This document shows, piece by piece, positions 9,044 through 17,531 of a stretch of DNA of 32,000 nt. Within the stretch, counting starts at the first letter, position 1, and each line of letters opens with the position of its first letter. This DNA is from an uncultured Actinomycetes bacterium (GTDB lineage: Bacteria; Actinomycetota; Actinomycetes; S36-B12; CAIYMF01): NCBI GenBank assembly GCA_963843975.1, contig CAWJMG010000003.1, positions 840,001-872,000 of the forward strand, read 5' to 3'. The translations under genes were made by a program, and so were the position numbers. Below the pieces are notes generated by a model. The model saw only the letters and a program-made list of their open reading frames with translations, was not told where the DNA came from and made no database searches.

Positions 9044-10027
9044 TCAGGGGACGACGGACGGTCCGACCGTCACGGAGACCGACGGCGTGTCCGGGCGTGG
9101 CGCCGCCGCGACGAGCCCCGGAGGCGGCGTCGTGCCCGTGCCGGTCGGGGTCGGAGTGACGGATGTGACCGTCGGCGACGGCGACGTCGTGGCCGGCGTG
9201 GGGGTCGGCGACGGGGTGTCGAGCGCCAGCATCCCGCCGACCTTGAGGGCCGCCCGCGCGTAGTAGCGGGCCATGTACGGCGTGACCGTGCGCGGCAGCT
9301 CGACCGTCACCGCGAAGCCGGCGTAGTAGGTGTTGAACCAGCCGGTCATGGTGCCTGCGCACGGGCCGCCGCACGACACCGTGCGGGTGGGCAGGTTGAA
9401 GGCCTGGGCCAGGCGGTAGGCCCACAGGCGCGTCTTGGCGTTGCCGACGTCGATCGAGCGCGCCGCCTGGTGCAGCGACACGACGAGGTCCGGCCGGAGC
9501 TGGTCGAGGAAGCGGACCATCGCCTGGCTCTCGGGCTCGGACAGCGGCGAGCCACCGGGGTAGTAGACGCTGCTGGAGTAGGTGCGCTTCCAGCCCTGGG
9601 GGAAGTTGCGGTTGAGGTCGACCCGGCGGGTGTTCTGACGGGTGCCGCGAACGCTGCCGTCCGGGTTCATCGTCGAGATGGTCCACACCTGCACCCCGGC
9701 AGGCGGGGCCAGCGTGCGCACCTGCCCCACCACAGCCCGGCCCGCGGGCTCGCTGCCGTGCATCTGCCCGAGCACCAGAAGGACCTTCGACGCCGAGGCC
9801 GGGCCTTGACGACGGGCGATGATGTAGCGGCCGGTCACCGAGCGACCGATCACCATCGCGTCCGGTGCCGCCGCCCTCCAGGCGAGGGTGGTGTCGGACG
9901 CGGTACGCACCGTGGCGGCCGAGGCGGACGTTCCCGACACGACGAGGCCGGCGACTACGGGCAGCAGGACGCCGACCGTGACGGCGACGAGCGAGGCCAC
10001 GAGGGCGCGGGCAGGGCGACGGGTCAC
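9044..10027 (-). CDS. Secreted M14-family zinc carboxypeptidase-like protein with a Pro/Thr-rich C-terminal tail
   Basis: Signal-peptide-like N-terminus ([30 protein letters not shown]). Contains [10 protein letters not shown] (HxxE zinc motif), VDLNRNF and SLHQ. The C-terminus is [33 protein letters not shown]. Confidence 0.75.
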   Translation of the reverse strand: MTRRPARALVASLVAVTVGVLLPVVAGLVVSGTSASAATVRTASDTTLAWRAAAPDAMVIGRSVTGRYIIARRQGPASASKVLLVLGQMHGSEPAGRAVVGQVRTLAPPAGVQVWTISTMNPDGSVRGTRQNTRRVDLNRNFPQGWKRTYSSSVYYPGGSPLSEPESQAMVRFLDQLRPDLVVSLHQAARSIDVGNAKTRLWAYRLAQAFNLPTRTVSCGGPCAGTMTGWFNTYYAGFAVTVELPRTVTPYMARYYARAALKVGGMLALDTPSPTPTPATTSPSPTVTSVTPTPTGTGTTPPPGLVAAAPRPDTPSVSVTVGPSVVP

Positions 10028-10094
10028 CCGCCCGAGGTTACGAGACGGACGCGCCGTACGTCGTGACCCGTCCGGTGCACACGGCCGTGGCGCA

Positions 10095-11798
10095 TCAGAC
10101 CCGGGCGAGCTCCTCGCGCAGGACAGAGAGTCCGACGGATCCGAGGGCGAGGGCCTTCATGTGCCACGCCTTGAGGTCGAACGACTCCCCCGCCGCCGCC
10201 TCGGCGTCGGCGCGGGCAGCGAGCCACTCGCGCTCGCCGACCTTGTAGCAGATGGCCTGGCCAGGGAGACCCAGGTAGCGGTCGATCTCGCTGGCCGCGA
10301 ACGCCTCGGTCTGCAGCCCGCGGACGCGCAGGAAGTCGCGCGCGGTCTCGGCGTCCCACACTCTCCCGCGCGGGTCGGCCTCGAGGCCCGCGACCAGCGC
10401 CGGGTCGATGTCTGCGGGGATCTCGAGACCGAGGTGGAGGCCGATGTCGATGACGACGCGCGCCGCGCGCAGCGCCTGGTTGGACAGGTAGCCGAGCTCG
10501 GTGGCCGCCTCGGAGAAGTAGCCGAGCTCGTCCATGAGCCGTTCGGCGTACAGCGCCCAGCCCTCGCCGTTGCCGGAGATGAACTCCATCCGCTGGAAGC
10601 GCGAAAGAGCGTCGGTCTGCGTCTTCACGTAGCCGAGCTGCAGGTGATGACCCGGGACGGCCTCGTGGTACCAGACCGAGAGCAGCCACCACTTCCGGAA
10701 GGTCGGGCCGACGACGGGCAGCCACGTGCGGCCGGGGCGGCTGAAGTCCTCGCTCGGAGCGGTGTAGTACGGCGCCGCCGCGGCACCCGCCGGTGCGAGC
10801 ATCGCCTCGCACCGCAGCATCTGGTCGGGGATGTCGAAGTACGTGCCGTTGAACGACGCGGTCGTGTCGTCGGTGACCTGCTGCAGCCAGGCGCGCGCGT
10901 CCTCGGCGCCCTCGATCGTCCACTCGGGATCGACGTCGAGCCGCTGCATCGCCTCGTACGGCGTGACCCCGCCGTACAGCCGCGCCGCGCACGCGTTCAT
11001 GCGACGCGTGATCGCGGCGAGGTCGGCCCAGCCCCAGGCGTAGGTCTCCTCGGGATCGATGTCGGTGCCGCTGTAGACGCGGGCCATGGTGCGGTAGACG
11101 TCGCGGCCCACGCCGTCGTGCTCGAGCGCGACGGGCGCGTAGGCGCTGCGCATCCACGTCGCGAGGTCGGCGTACGCCGTCGTGGCCGCGTCGGCCGCAG
11201 CAACCAGTCGCTCGCGCAGCGCGGCGTCGTCGCCTGAGTAGCCCGCGACGTAGGTGCCGAACCACGGCGTCGGCTCTCCGTCGCCGTCGGCCTCGAGGCC
11301 CGCGCAGACCGCGGCCATCCGGGCCGCGCCGAGCACCTGGCGTCGGGCCGGGAGCACGCCGCGCTCGATGCCCGTCTCGTACGCCGTGCGCAGCGACGAC
11401 AGCGCGCCGGGCACCTGCTCGAGCCGCTGGGCGATGAGGGTCCACGCGTCGTCGTCGGCCGTCGACATCAGCGTGAACACGTTGCGGTTGTGCTGCACGG
11501 GGCTGCCGAGGACGTTGACGTCGGCGAGGTGCAGCCCGAGGCCGTGCACAGCCAGGCGCGACCCGAGGCGCTCGCGCATCACCGCGACCGCGAGGCGGTC
11601 GTCGTCGTTCTCGACCACGGCGTCGTCGAGCTCGCGCAGCCAGCCGCGGGCCTGCTCCGCCCGCGCGTCATAGGCCGCCGGCGACTGGTCCGTGAGCAGG
11701 TGATCGACGCCGGGGACACCCATGTACGTGGCGAAGATCGGGTGACCGGCCGCCGTCCCGTCGACGATGCGGGACGCGAGGTCGAACACCTGGGTCAT
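10095..11798 (-). CDS. DUF885-family protein (putative metallopeptidase-like, HExxPGHHxQ motif)
   Basis: ATG at 11798 overlaps the recN stop (ATGA). The 567-aa product ends ...WYHEAVPGHHLQLGY...GEGWALYAERLMDELGY...EIDRYLGLPGQAICYKVGEREW, which is characteristic of DUF885. The ORF-track entry 10095..13520 is this gene plus out-of-frame read-through into recN. Confidence 0.8.
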   Translation of the reverse strand: MTQVFDLASRIVDGTAAGHPIFATYMGVPGVDHLLTDQSPAAYDARAEQARGWLRELDDAVVENDDDRLAVAVMRERLGSRLAVHGLGLHLADVNVLGSPVQHNRNVFTLMSTADDDAWTLIAQRLEQVPGALSSLRTAYETGIERGVLPARRQVLGAARMAAVCAGLEADGDGEPTPWFGTYVAGYSGDDAALRERLVAAADAATTAYADLATWMRSAYAPVALEHDGVGRDVYRTMARVYSGTDIDPEETYAWGWADLAAITRRMNACAARLYGGVTPYEAMQRLDVDPEWTIEGAEDARAWLQQVTDDTTASFNGTYFDIPDQMLRCEAMLAPAGAAAAPYYTAPSEDFSRPGRTWLPVVGPTFRKWWLLSVWYHEAVPGHHLQLGYVKTQTDALSRFQRMEFISGNGEGWALYAERLMDELGYFSEAATELGYLSNQALRAARVVIDIGLHLGLEIPADIDPALVAGLEADPRGRVWDAETARDFLRVRGLQTEAFAASEIDRYLGLPGQAICYKVGEREWLAARADAEAAAGESFDLKAWHMKALALGSVGLSVLREELARV

Positions 11799-13581
11799 GC
11801 GGTGGCCTTCTTCCGGGAGGGCTTGTTCACGGGGACGCTGGAACGCTCGGCGGCCGCGAGGTCGAGCAGCTCCTGCGCGTGCGCCGCCGCCGACGACGAG
11901 CCCTCGAGGCCGGCCAGCATGCGGCCGAGCTCGCGCACGCGCTCGGCGTCGTCGAGCACGGTGAGGCCGGAGGTGGTGACGCTGCCGTCGTCGCTCTTCA
12001 CCACGACGACATGCCGGTCGGCGAACGCCGCGACCTGCGGCAGGTGCGTGACCACGACGACCTGGGCCGAGCGCGCGAGCCGCGCGAGCCTCCGCCCGAC
12101 CTCGACCGCGGCCCTGCCCCCGACGCCGGCGTCGACCTCGTCGAACACGAGCGTGGGCACGGACTCCGAGCCCGCGAAGACCACCTCGACCGCGAGCATC
12201 ACGCGGGAGAGCTCGCCGCCCGCTCGCACCCTTGGCGATGGGACGTGCCGGCGCGCCGGTGTGCGGCGAGAGCAGCAGCTCGACCTCGTCGACCCCGGAC
12301 GGGCCGAACGCGAGCCGGACGGTGCGTCCGTCGACGGGGACGTCGAGGCCGTCGGGGTGCTCGAGGTGGCGCAGGTCGACGCCGAGGACCGCGTGCGGCA
12401 TCGCCAGCTCGACGAGCTCGGACGTCACGAGCGTCCCGAACCGCGCGGCAGCCTCGGCACGCGCGGCCGAGACCTCGCCCGCCAGGCGTCCGAGCTCGGA
12501 CGCGCAGCGCGACTCGTTCGGCCGCCAGTGCCTCGAGCCTCTCGTCGTCGGCGTCGAGGAGGAGCAGCCGCGCCGAGGCCTGCTCCGCCCACGCCAGCAC
12601 GTCGTCGACGGTGGAGCCGTACTTGCGGGTGAGCCCGCCGAGGGCCGCGCGCCGCTCCTCGACCGCGGCGAGACGGGCTGGGTCGCTCTCGACCGCCGCG
12701 GTGTACGAGGCCAGCTCGGCGGCGATGTCGGCGAGGACTGCGGACGCATCGGCCAGGCGGTCGGCGAGCGAGCCGAGCTCGGAGTCGTGCTCGCGCTGGG
12801 CGTCGAGGCTGCGCCGCGCCGCCGAGACGAGGGCGATCGCGTCGAGGTCGCTCGTGGAGTCGCCGTCGGTGCGCAGCGCCGTGTGCGCCTCGCCCGCGGC
12901 CTCGCGCAGCGACTCGGCGTGACCGAGCCGGGAGGACTCCGCCGAGAGCGCCTCGCCCTCGCCCGGCAGCGGGGCGACGGACTCGATCTCGGTGAGGCCG
13001 TGGCGCAGCAGGTCGGCCTCCTGCGCGCGCTCTCGGGCATGCGCGGTGATGTCGTCGAGCTCGCGCTCGAGCTCGCGCAGCCGGTCGTACGCCGCGCGGT
13101 ACGCCGCCCGAGGCACGAGCACGGCATCGCCCGCGAACCGGTCGAGCGCTGCGCGCTGACGGGCGGGCGCGAGCAGCCGCTGCTGGTCGCTCTGCCCGTG
13201 CACGGCCACGAGGTCGTCTGCCAGCTCGAGCAAGACGGACGCGGGCACCGAGCGGCCGCCGAGGAACGCGCGGCTACGGCCCTCCCCTGCAACGGTGCGG
13301 GCGATGACCAGCGAGCCGTCGTCGAGGTCGCCGCCGGCGTCCACCACGCGGTCCACGACGCGCTGCTCGCGGACCCTGAAGCGGCCCTCGACCTCGGCCT
13401 TGGCCGTGCCCGGCCGGACCACGCCGGCATCGGCCCGGCCGCCGAGCAGCAGGCCGAGCCCGCTGAGCACCAGGGTCTTGCCAGCGCCGGTCTCGCCGGT
13501 GAGCGCCGTGAACCCGGCATGCGGCTCGACCACGGCGTCGTCGATGACGCCGAGGCCGCGGATGCGGATCTCCTCGATCAC
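11795..13581 (-). pseudogene. recN: DNA repair protein RecN, reading frame broken by two 1-nt insertions (near 12501 and near 12220)
   Basis: Segment 1 from GTG 13581: VIEEIRIRGLGVIDDAVVEPHAGFTALTGETGAGKTLV... to ...ERLEALAAERVALR. Segment 2: SELGRLAGEVSAARAEAAARFGTLVTSELVELAMPHAVL...LLLSPHTGAPARPIAKGASG. Segment 3: GELSRVMLAVEVVFAG...LVFDEVDAGVGGRAA...VVVVTHLPQVAAFADRH...*. The length of 1787 nt is 595 codons plus 2 nt. The GTG overlaps the nadK stop (GTGA). Confidence 0.9.
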
Positions 13582-14477
13582 CCGCGCGCGCCCCGCCAGC
13601 CCTCGACGGGGAGGGCGAACTTCGCCACGAGGCGGTCGGTGAACGGCTTCTGGTGCAGGCGGGCGAACCGCACCGGCGACGGGTGCCGGGTGATCTCCAC
13701 GCGCGAGCCCTCGGGCAGCTCGACCAGCCGACGGCCGTCGCACCACATCACGCCGCCGCCCTGGCCCGGAAGAACCTCGACCGCGATGGTGCTGCGCGGA
13801 GACACGACGAGCGGGCGCGCGAACAGGGCGTGCGCGCTGATCGGCACGACCAGCAGCGCCTCGACCTCGGGCCACACGACAGGGCCACCGGCGGAGAAGG
13901 CGTACGCCGTCGAGCCGGTCGGCGTGGCGGCGACGACGCCGTCGGCACCCCAGCGCGAGAGCGGCCGGCCGTCGACCTCGACGAGGATCTCGATCATCCG
14001 CTCGCGCGAGTCCTTCTCGACCGACGCCTCGTTGAGCGCCCAGGTGCGCGCGACCTCCACACCGTCGCGCGAGACCACGACCTCGAGGGTGGTGCGCTCC
14101 TCGACGGTCCAGGTGCGGTCGACGACGGCCGCCACCACGGTGCCCGTCTCGTCGCTCTCGGCCTCGGCGAGGAAGCCGACATGACCGAGATTCATGCCGA
14201 GGATCGGGACGTCGTACGGGCGCGCGAGCTCGGTGCCGCGCAGCATCGTGCCGTCGCCCCCGATGACGACGACGAGCTCGCAGCCCTCGGCCGCGCCGTC
14301 CATCCCGACGATCGTCACGTGCGGCAGGTCGATCTCGACGTCGCTCTGCGCGCGGACCTCGATGCCCGCCGCGACGAGGGCGTGCGCGATCTCGTGCGCG
14401 ACGGCCACCGCCTCGGGCCGGACGCCGTGGACGGCGAGCAGCACCCGGCGCGGCGCACCCTCGGGCTGCTGCGTCAC
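13578..14477 (-). CDS. nadK: NAD kinase
   Basis: GTG at 14477 overlaps the tlyA stop (GTGA). The 299-aa product contains VVIGGDGTMLR, NLGHVGFLAE and ATPTGSTAYAFSAGGPVV. The ORF-track entry extends upstream to 14624 only because no stop intervenes. Confidence 0.9.
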   Translation of the reverse strand: MTQQPEGAPRRVLLAVHGVRPEAVAVAHEIAHALVAAGIEVRAQSDVEIDLPHVTIVGMDGAAEGCELVVVIGGDGTMLRGTELARPYDVPILGMNLGHVGFLAEAESDETGTVVAAVVDRTWTVEERTTLEVVVSRDGVEVARTWALNEASVEKDSRERMIEILVEVDGRPLSRWGADGVVAATPTGSTAYAFSAGGPVVWPEVEALLVVPISAHALFARPLVVSPRSTIAVEVLPGQGGGVMWCDGRRLVELPEGSRVEITRHPSPVRFARLHQKPFTDRLVAKFALPVEGWRGARG

Positions 14478-15274
14478 TGGGGACCCTCCTCGATCGCACG
14501 TGCGAGATCTGCGTCGTCGAGGGGCTCGGCCCCACGGCGCAGGTGCAGGAAGTACTCGACGTTGCCGCTCGGCCCGGGCAGGGGCGAGGCGACGACGCCT
14601 GCGGTGCCGAGACCGAGGTCCCACGCCGCCACCGCGATCCTACGGACAGCGCCGGACCGCAGCGTCGGGTCGCGCACGACGCCGCCAGCGCCGACGAGCT
14701 CCTTGCCGACCTCGAACTGCGGTTTGACCATGAGCGCGAGGTCGGCGTCGGGGGTCGCGACCGCCGCCAGCGGCGGGAGCACGAGGCGCAGGGAGATGAA
14801 CGACAGGTCGCCGACCACGAGGTCGGGTGCGTACGGCAGCAGCGCGGCGGTGAGGTCGCGGACGTTGGTGCGCTCGAGCACCGTCACCCGTTCGTCGCTG
14901 CGCACCGGCCACGCGAGCTGGCCGTAGCCGACGTCCACCGCCACCACCGCGGCGACCCCGCGTCGCAGCAGCACGTCGCAGAAGCCGCCCGTGCTGGCGC
15001 CCGCGTCCAGGGCATGCCGTCCGGCGACCTCGAGCCCGAAGGCGTCGAGCGCGCCGACGAGCTTGTGGGCGCCGCGGGAGACGTAGTCGGGCCCGCCCTC
15101 GGCCTCGCTCACCTTGAGGCTGGCACCGGCGTCCACCTGCGTCGCGGGCTTCGTGGCGACGACGTTGCCGACGAGCACGCGACCGTCCTCGATGAGGGCG
15201 CGCGCCTGCTCCCGCGAGCGGGCGAGACCGCGGTGGACGAGCTCGGCGTCGAGCCGCCGGCGGGCCTGGGCCAC
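14474..15274 (-). CDS. tlyA: TlyA-family 16S/23S rRNA (cytidine-2'-O)-methyltransferase
   Basis: The 266-aa ORF has an S4-like N-terminus (RLDAELVHRGLARSREQARALIEDGRVLV) and an FtsJ-like SAM fold (ALDAGASTGGFCDVLLRRGV...DLSFISL). It shows conserved tlyA-nadK-recN synteny. Confidence 0.9.
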   Translation of the reverse strand: MAQARRRLDAELVHRGLARSREQARALIEDGRVLVGNVVATKPATQVDAGASLKVSEAEGGPDYVSRGAHKLVGALDAFGLEVAGRHALDAGASTGGFCDVLLRRGVAAVVAVDVGYGQLAWPVRSDERVTVLERTNVRDLTAALLPYAPDLVVGDLSFISLRLVLPPLAAVATPDADLALMVKPQFEVGKELVGAGGVVRDPTLRSGAVRRIAVAAWDLGLGTAGVVASPLPGPSGNVEYFLHLRRGAEPLDDADLARAIEEGPQ

Positions 15275-15279
15275 CGCGC

Positions 15280-15729
15280 TCAGCGCACCTCGGCGTCGGC
15301 GAGGGCGTCCTGCAGCCGACGGTGCACGTCGTCGTAGACGGCGACGTGGTCGGACGTCGGCAGCTCGGCGAGGTCGCCGAGACGAGCGGTCGCGGCGTCC
15401 ACGCGGGCGTCGCCGGTCACCTCAGGGTCGGGCAGCGAGGCCAGCTGCTCGCGCGCGGACAGCGCGAACGCCAGCGTGCCGCTCGGCTGCTGCTCGTGCG
15501 CGGCACCGGGGCCGACGGCGGTGGAGCCGTCGTCGATCGCGTCGATGGGGTCAGCCTCGGCGTCCACGGCAACCTCGGCGCCGTCCTCGACCACGAGGGT
15601 GTCGGCTGCGTCCTCGACCACGTCGATCTCCTCGACCGACGTCGCGACCTCGACCACCACCGTGGCCTCGATGTCGTCGGGCGCCTGCTCCGTCCCCTCG
15701 TACGGGGTCGAGTCCCAGGTCTCGCTCAC
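15280..15729 (-). CDS. Acidic hypothetical protein (149 aa, D/E/A/V-rich)
   Basis: ORF track 15280..15729. The GTG start overlaps the stop of the upstream phasin-like gene (GTGA). GC3 is high. I recognise no catalytic motif. Confidence 0.6.
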   Translation of the reverse strand: MSETWDSTPYEGTEQAPDDIEATVVVEVATSVEEIDVVEDAADTLVVEDGAEVAVDAEADPIDAIDDGSTAVGPGAAHEQQPSGTLAFALSAREQLASLPDPEVTGDARVDAATARLGDLAELPTSDHVAVYDDVHRRLQDALADAEVR

Positions 15730-16244
15730 GCGTCGCCGTCCTCGGCGGGCTGTACGAGGACCTTCTTCTTGCGCGGGCGGGGCGCGGGTGCCGACTGCGC
15801 GTCCGCGGCAGCCGCCGGCTCCGCCGCGGGCTCGGCGGGTGCCGGTTCCTGAGCGGCGGCGGTGGAGCCCATCTGGGCGCGCACCTCGGCGAGCGAGGAC
15901 TCCAGCCGAGACACGTGACGCCGCACCGCGGCGAGCTCCTCCTCGCGGACGAAGCCCATCCGTCCCGCTGCCCGGTCGACCTCGGTGCGGACGAGGCCCA
16001 CGAGCAGCTCGCGGTTCTGCTCGCTCGTCTCGACGAGCTCGTCGGCGAGCTTGGAGACCTGGCCGGCCGCGGCGGTCGCAGCCTGCGCCGCCTGGTCCTT
16101 GCCCGGCACCGGAACTGCGCCGGTGAGATCGAGGCCCTGGCTCAGCAGGGCGGCTGCGGCCTCGCGCGCCTTGGTCACGGTCACCTCGGTGAGGCCCGTC
16201 GCCAGCTGGACATATCCCCGCAGCGCCTCGAGCACGTCGTTCAC
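15726..16244 (-). CDS. Coiled-coil protein resembling the phasin-like / PHA-granule-regulator (COG3937-type) family, with a Lys-rich C-terminal tail
   Basis: From GTG 16244: VNDVLEALRGYVQLATGLTEVTVTKAREAAAALLSQG...VRTEVDRAAGRMGFVREEELAAVRRHVSRLESSLAEVRAQ...PRPRKKKVLV. The part of the ORF-track entry upstream of 16244 overlaps the plus-strand SCP2 gene and is not coding. Confidence 0.6.
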   Translation of the reverse strand: MNDVLEALRGYVQLATGLTEVTVTKAREAAAALLSQGLDLTGAVPVPGKDQAAQAATAAAGQVSKLADELVETSEQNRELLVGLVRTEVDRAAGRMGFVREEELAAVRRHVSRLESSLAEVRAQMGSTAAAQEPAPAEPAAEPAAAADAQSAPAPRPRKKKVLVQPAEDGDA

Positions 16245-16329
16245 CCCATCGTCCGGTGGTGCCTGGTCGGGTCGTCCGCGCGACCCGCCACCCACGCTAT
16301 CGCGAGGCGCTGCGCTAGCGTCGAGCACC

Positions 16330-16674
16330 GTGGCAACCCTCGAGTCGGTCCGTGCGGGTCTCACCGCGCTCGTCGCGTCGATGGACGACCTCGACCCCGA
16401 CACCCGTCGCAAGATCCCGGACCGTGCAGTCTCGGCGTACTTCACCGACCTCGATGCCGCCTTCGCCGGGCGGCTGGAGTCCGGGTCCCTCGTGGACGTC
16501 GTGGAGATCGACCCGGCATCGCGCAAGGACGCGCACCTGCGCCTCGCGATGGACTCCGACACGTTCCTGGACATCGTCGAGGGCCGGCAGGACTTCGCGC
16601 ACGCGTGGAGCCACGGCAAGGTCAAGGTGGACGCCCGGATCCGCGACATCTGGGAGCTCCGCAAGTTCCTCTGA
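16330..16674 (+). CDS. SCP2 sterol-carrier-like domain protein (114 aa)
   Basis: From GTG 16330: VATLESVRAGLTALVASMDDLDPDTRRKIPDRAVSAYFTDLDAAFAG...LRLAMDSDTFLDIVEGRQDFAHAWSHGKVKVDARIRDIWELRKFL. The C-terminal G-K-(V/I)-K-V-(D/E)-G...L pattern is typical of SCP2. Confidence 0.7.
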   Translation: MATLESVRAGLTALVASMDDLDPDTRRKIPDRAVSAYFTDLDAAFAGRLESGSLVDVVEIDPASRKDAHLRLAMDSDTFLDIVEGRQDFAHAWSHGKVKVDARIRDIWELRKFL

Positions 16675-16725
16675 GCCCGGCATCACCCCTGCTCAGCGCG
16701 CTGCCGGCCCCGCTCCGGGCCTAGC

Positions 16726-17523
16726 GTGACCCCGGAGCAGGATGGGGGCTTCGTCGTGCACATCCAGGCGCCTCGGAACGTGCGCGACCTCGCGCTGTTC
16801 ACGCTCGTGGCCGCTGCCACCCTCGTCGTCGTCGACCGGCTCCTGTGGACCCCCGACACCATCCTCGTCGTGTGGATCGGCGGCGGCGTCGTCGCCGGGT
16901 GCTGCGTGGTCCTCCCGCCGCGCCGCTGGTGGCTCGTCCTGGTTCCGTACGCCGTCACCGCTGCGGCAGCCGTCCATCTGATCGGCATGCCGTGGGCGAT
17001 GAGCGCCGTTGCCGGCCTGCTCGAGCTCGTCTCGATCCTCGCCTATGTCGCGGTCGTCAGGCGCCATCCCTCGGACCGCACGGGACTGGGAGCGGACCTT
17101 CTCTGGGTGAGCCTCGGGCTCACGGCGGCCGACCTGCTGCGCGAGCTGACCGACACAGGCGTCCGCGTGGCCATCGACGACTTCGGGACGGGCTACGCCG
17201 GTCTGTCGTCGTTCCGCTCGCTGCCGGCGTCGATCGTGAAGATCGACCGGGTCTTCATCGCCTCGATGCTCGGGCGCCGCGAGGACCTCGATCTCGTCCA
17301 CTCGATCATCGACCTGGCGCACCGGTTCGGGAAGCGCGTGGTCGCCGAGGGCGTGGAGACCCAGGAGGAGTACGAGGCGCTCCGCGGCATGGACTGCGAC
17401 CTCGTCCAGGGCTGGCTGACCGGGCGCCCCGTGCCGTTCGCCGACGTGCCGCTGCCGCACATCCCGACCGATGGGCATCGCCGTCGCGAACGCCCCACGG
17501 CCGGCACGGGCCGGCACGCCTGA
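16726..17523 (+). CDS. Membrane protein with only the C-terminal half of an EAL (c-di-GMP phosphodiesterase) domain; probable remnant or degenerate EAL
   Basis: The N-terminal ~110 aa are hydrophobic (3-4 TM segments). This is followed by LRELTDTGVRVAIDDFGTGYAGLSSFRSLPASIVKIDRVFI...RVVAEGVETQEEYEALRGMDCDLVQGWLTGRPVP (DDFGTGY, KID, EGVE, QG motifs). The EAL/ExL motif, the conserved Asn and the E-x-T-E segment that should precede it are absent. Confidence 0.75.
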   Translation: MTPEQDGGFVVHIQAPRNVRDLALFTLVAAATLVVVDRLLWTPDTILVVWIGGGVVAGCCVVLPPRRWWLVLVPYAVTAAAAVHLIGMPWAMSAVAGLLELVSILAYVAVVRRHPSDRTGLGADLLWVSLGLTAADLLRELTDTGVRVAIDDFGTGYAGLSSFRSLPASIVKIDRVFIASMLGRREDLDLVHSIIDLAHRFGKRVVAEGVETQEEYEALRGMDCDLVQGWLTGRPVPFADVPLPHIPTDGHRRRERPTAGTGRHA

Positions 17524-17531
17524 GGTCGGCG

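Noticed and set aside
7428-9686. 752-aa ORF-track entry spanning pyrG and the M14 peptidase gene
   Set aside because: Only the segment from about 8372 to 9029 of this frame is real (the PyrG N-terminal part). The rest is out-of-frame read-through typical of GC-rich DNA, with Arg/Pro/Gly-rich nonsense.
10028-10094. Possible terminator hairpin between DUF885 and the M14 peptidase gene (CGGACG ... CGTCCG)
   Set aside because: It has only a 6-bp stem with an 18-nt loop and no U-tract, which is too weak to call.
10095-13520. 1141-aa ORF suggesting one giant protein
   Set aside because: It is a composite. Residues from MTQVFDLASR onward are the DUF885 protein, a short middle stretch is the central recN segment, and the remainder is off-frame recN sequence.
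15114-16724. 536-aa Arg/Pro-rich plus-strand ORF, and similar Arg-rich ORFs elsewhere (for example 61..768, 2350..3927, 16845..18725, 20266..21528)
   Set aside because: These are typical shadow ORFs of high-GC genomes, lying opposite or off-frame to well-supported genes. Their composition (R/P/G/A) and lack of motifs argue against coding.
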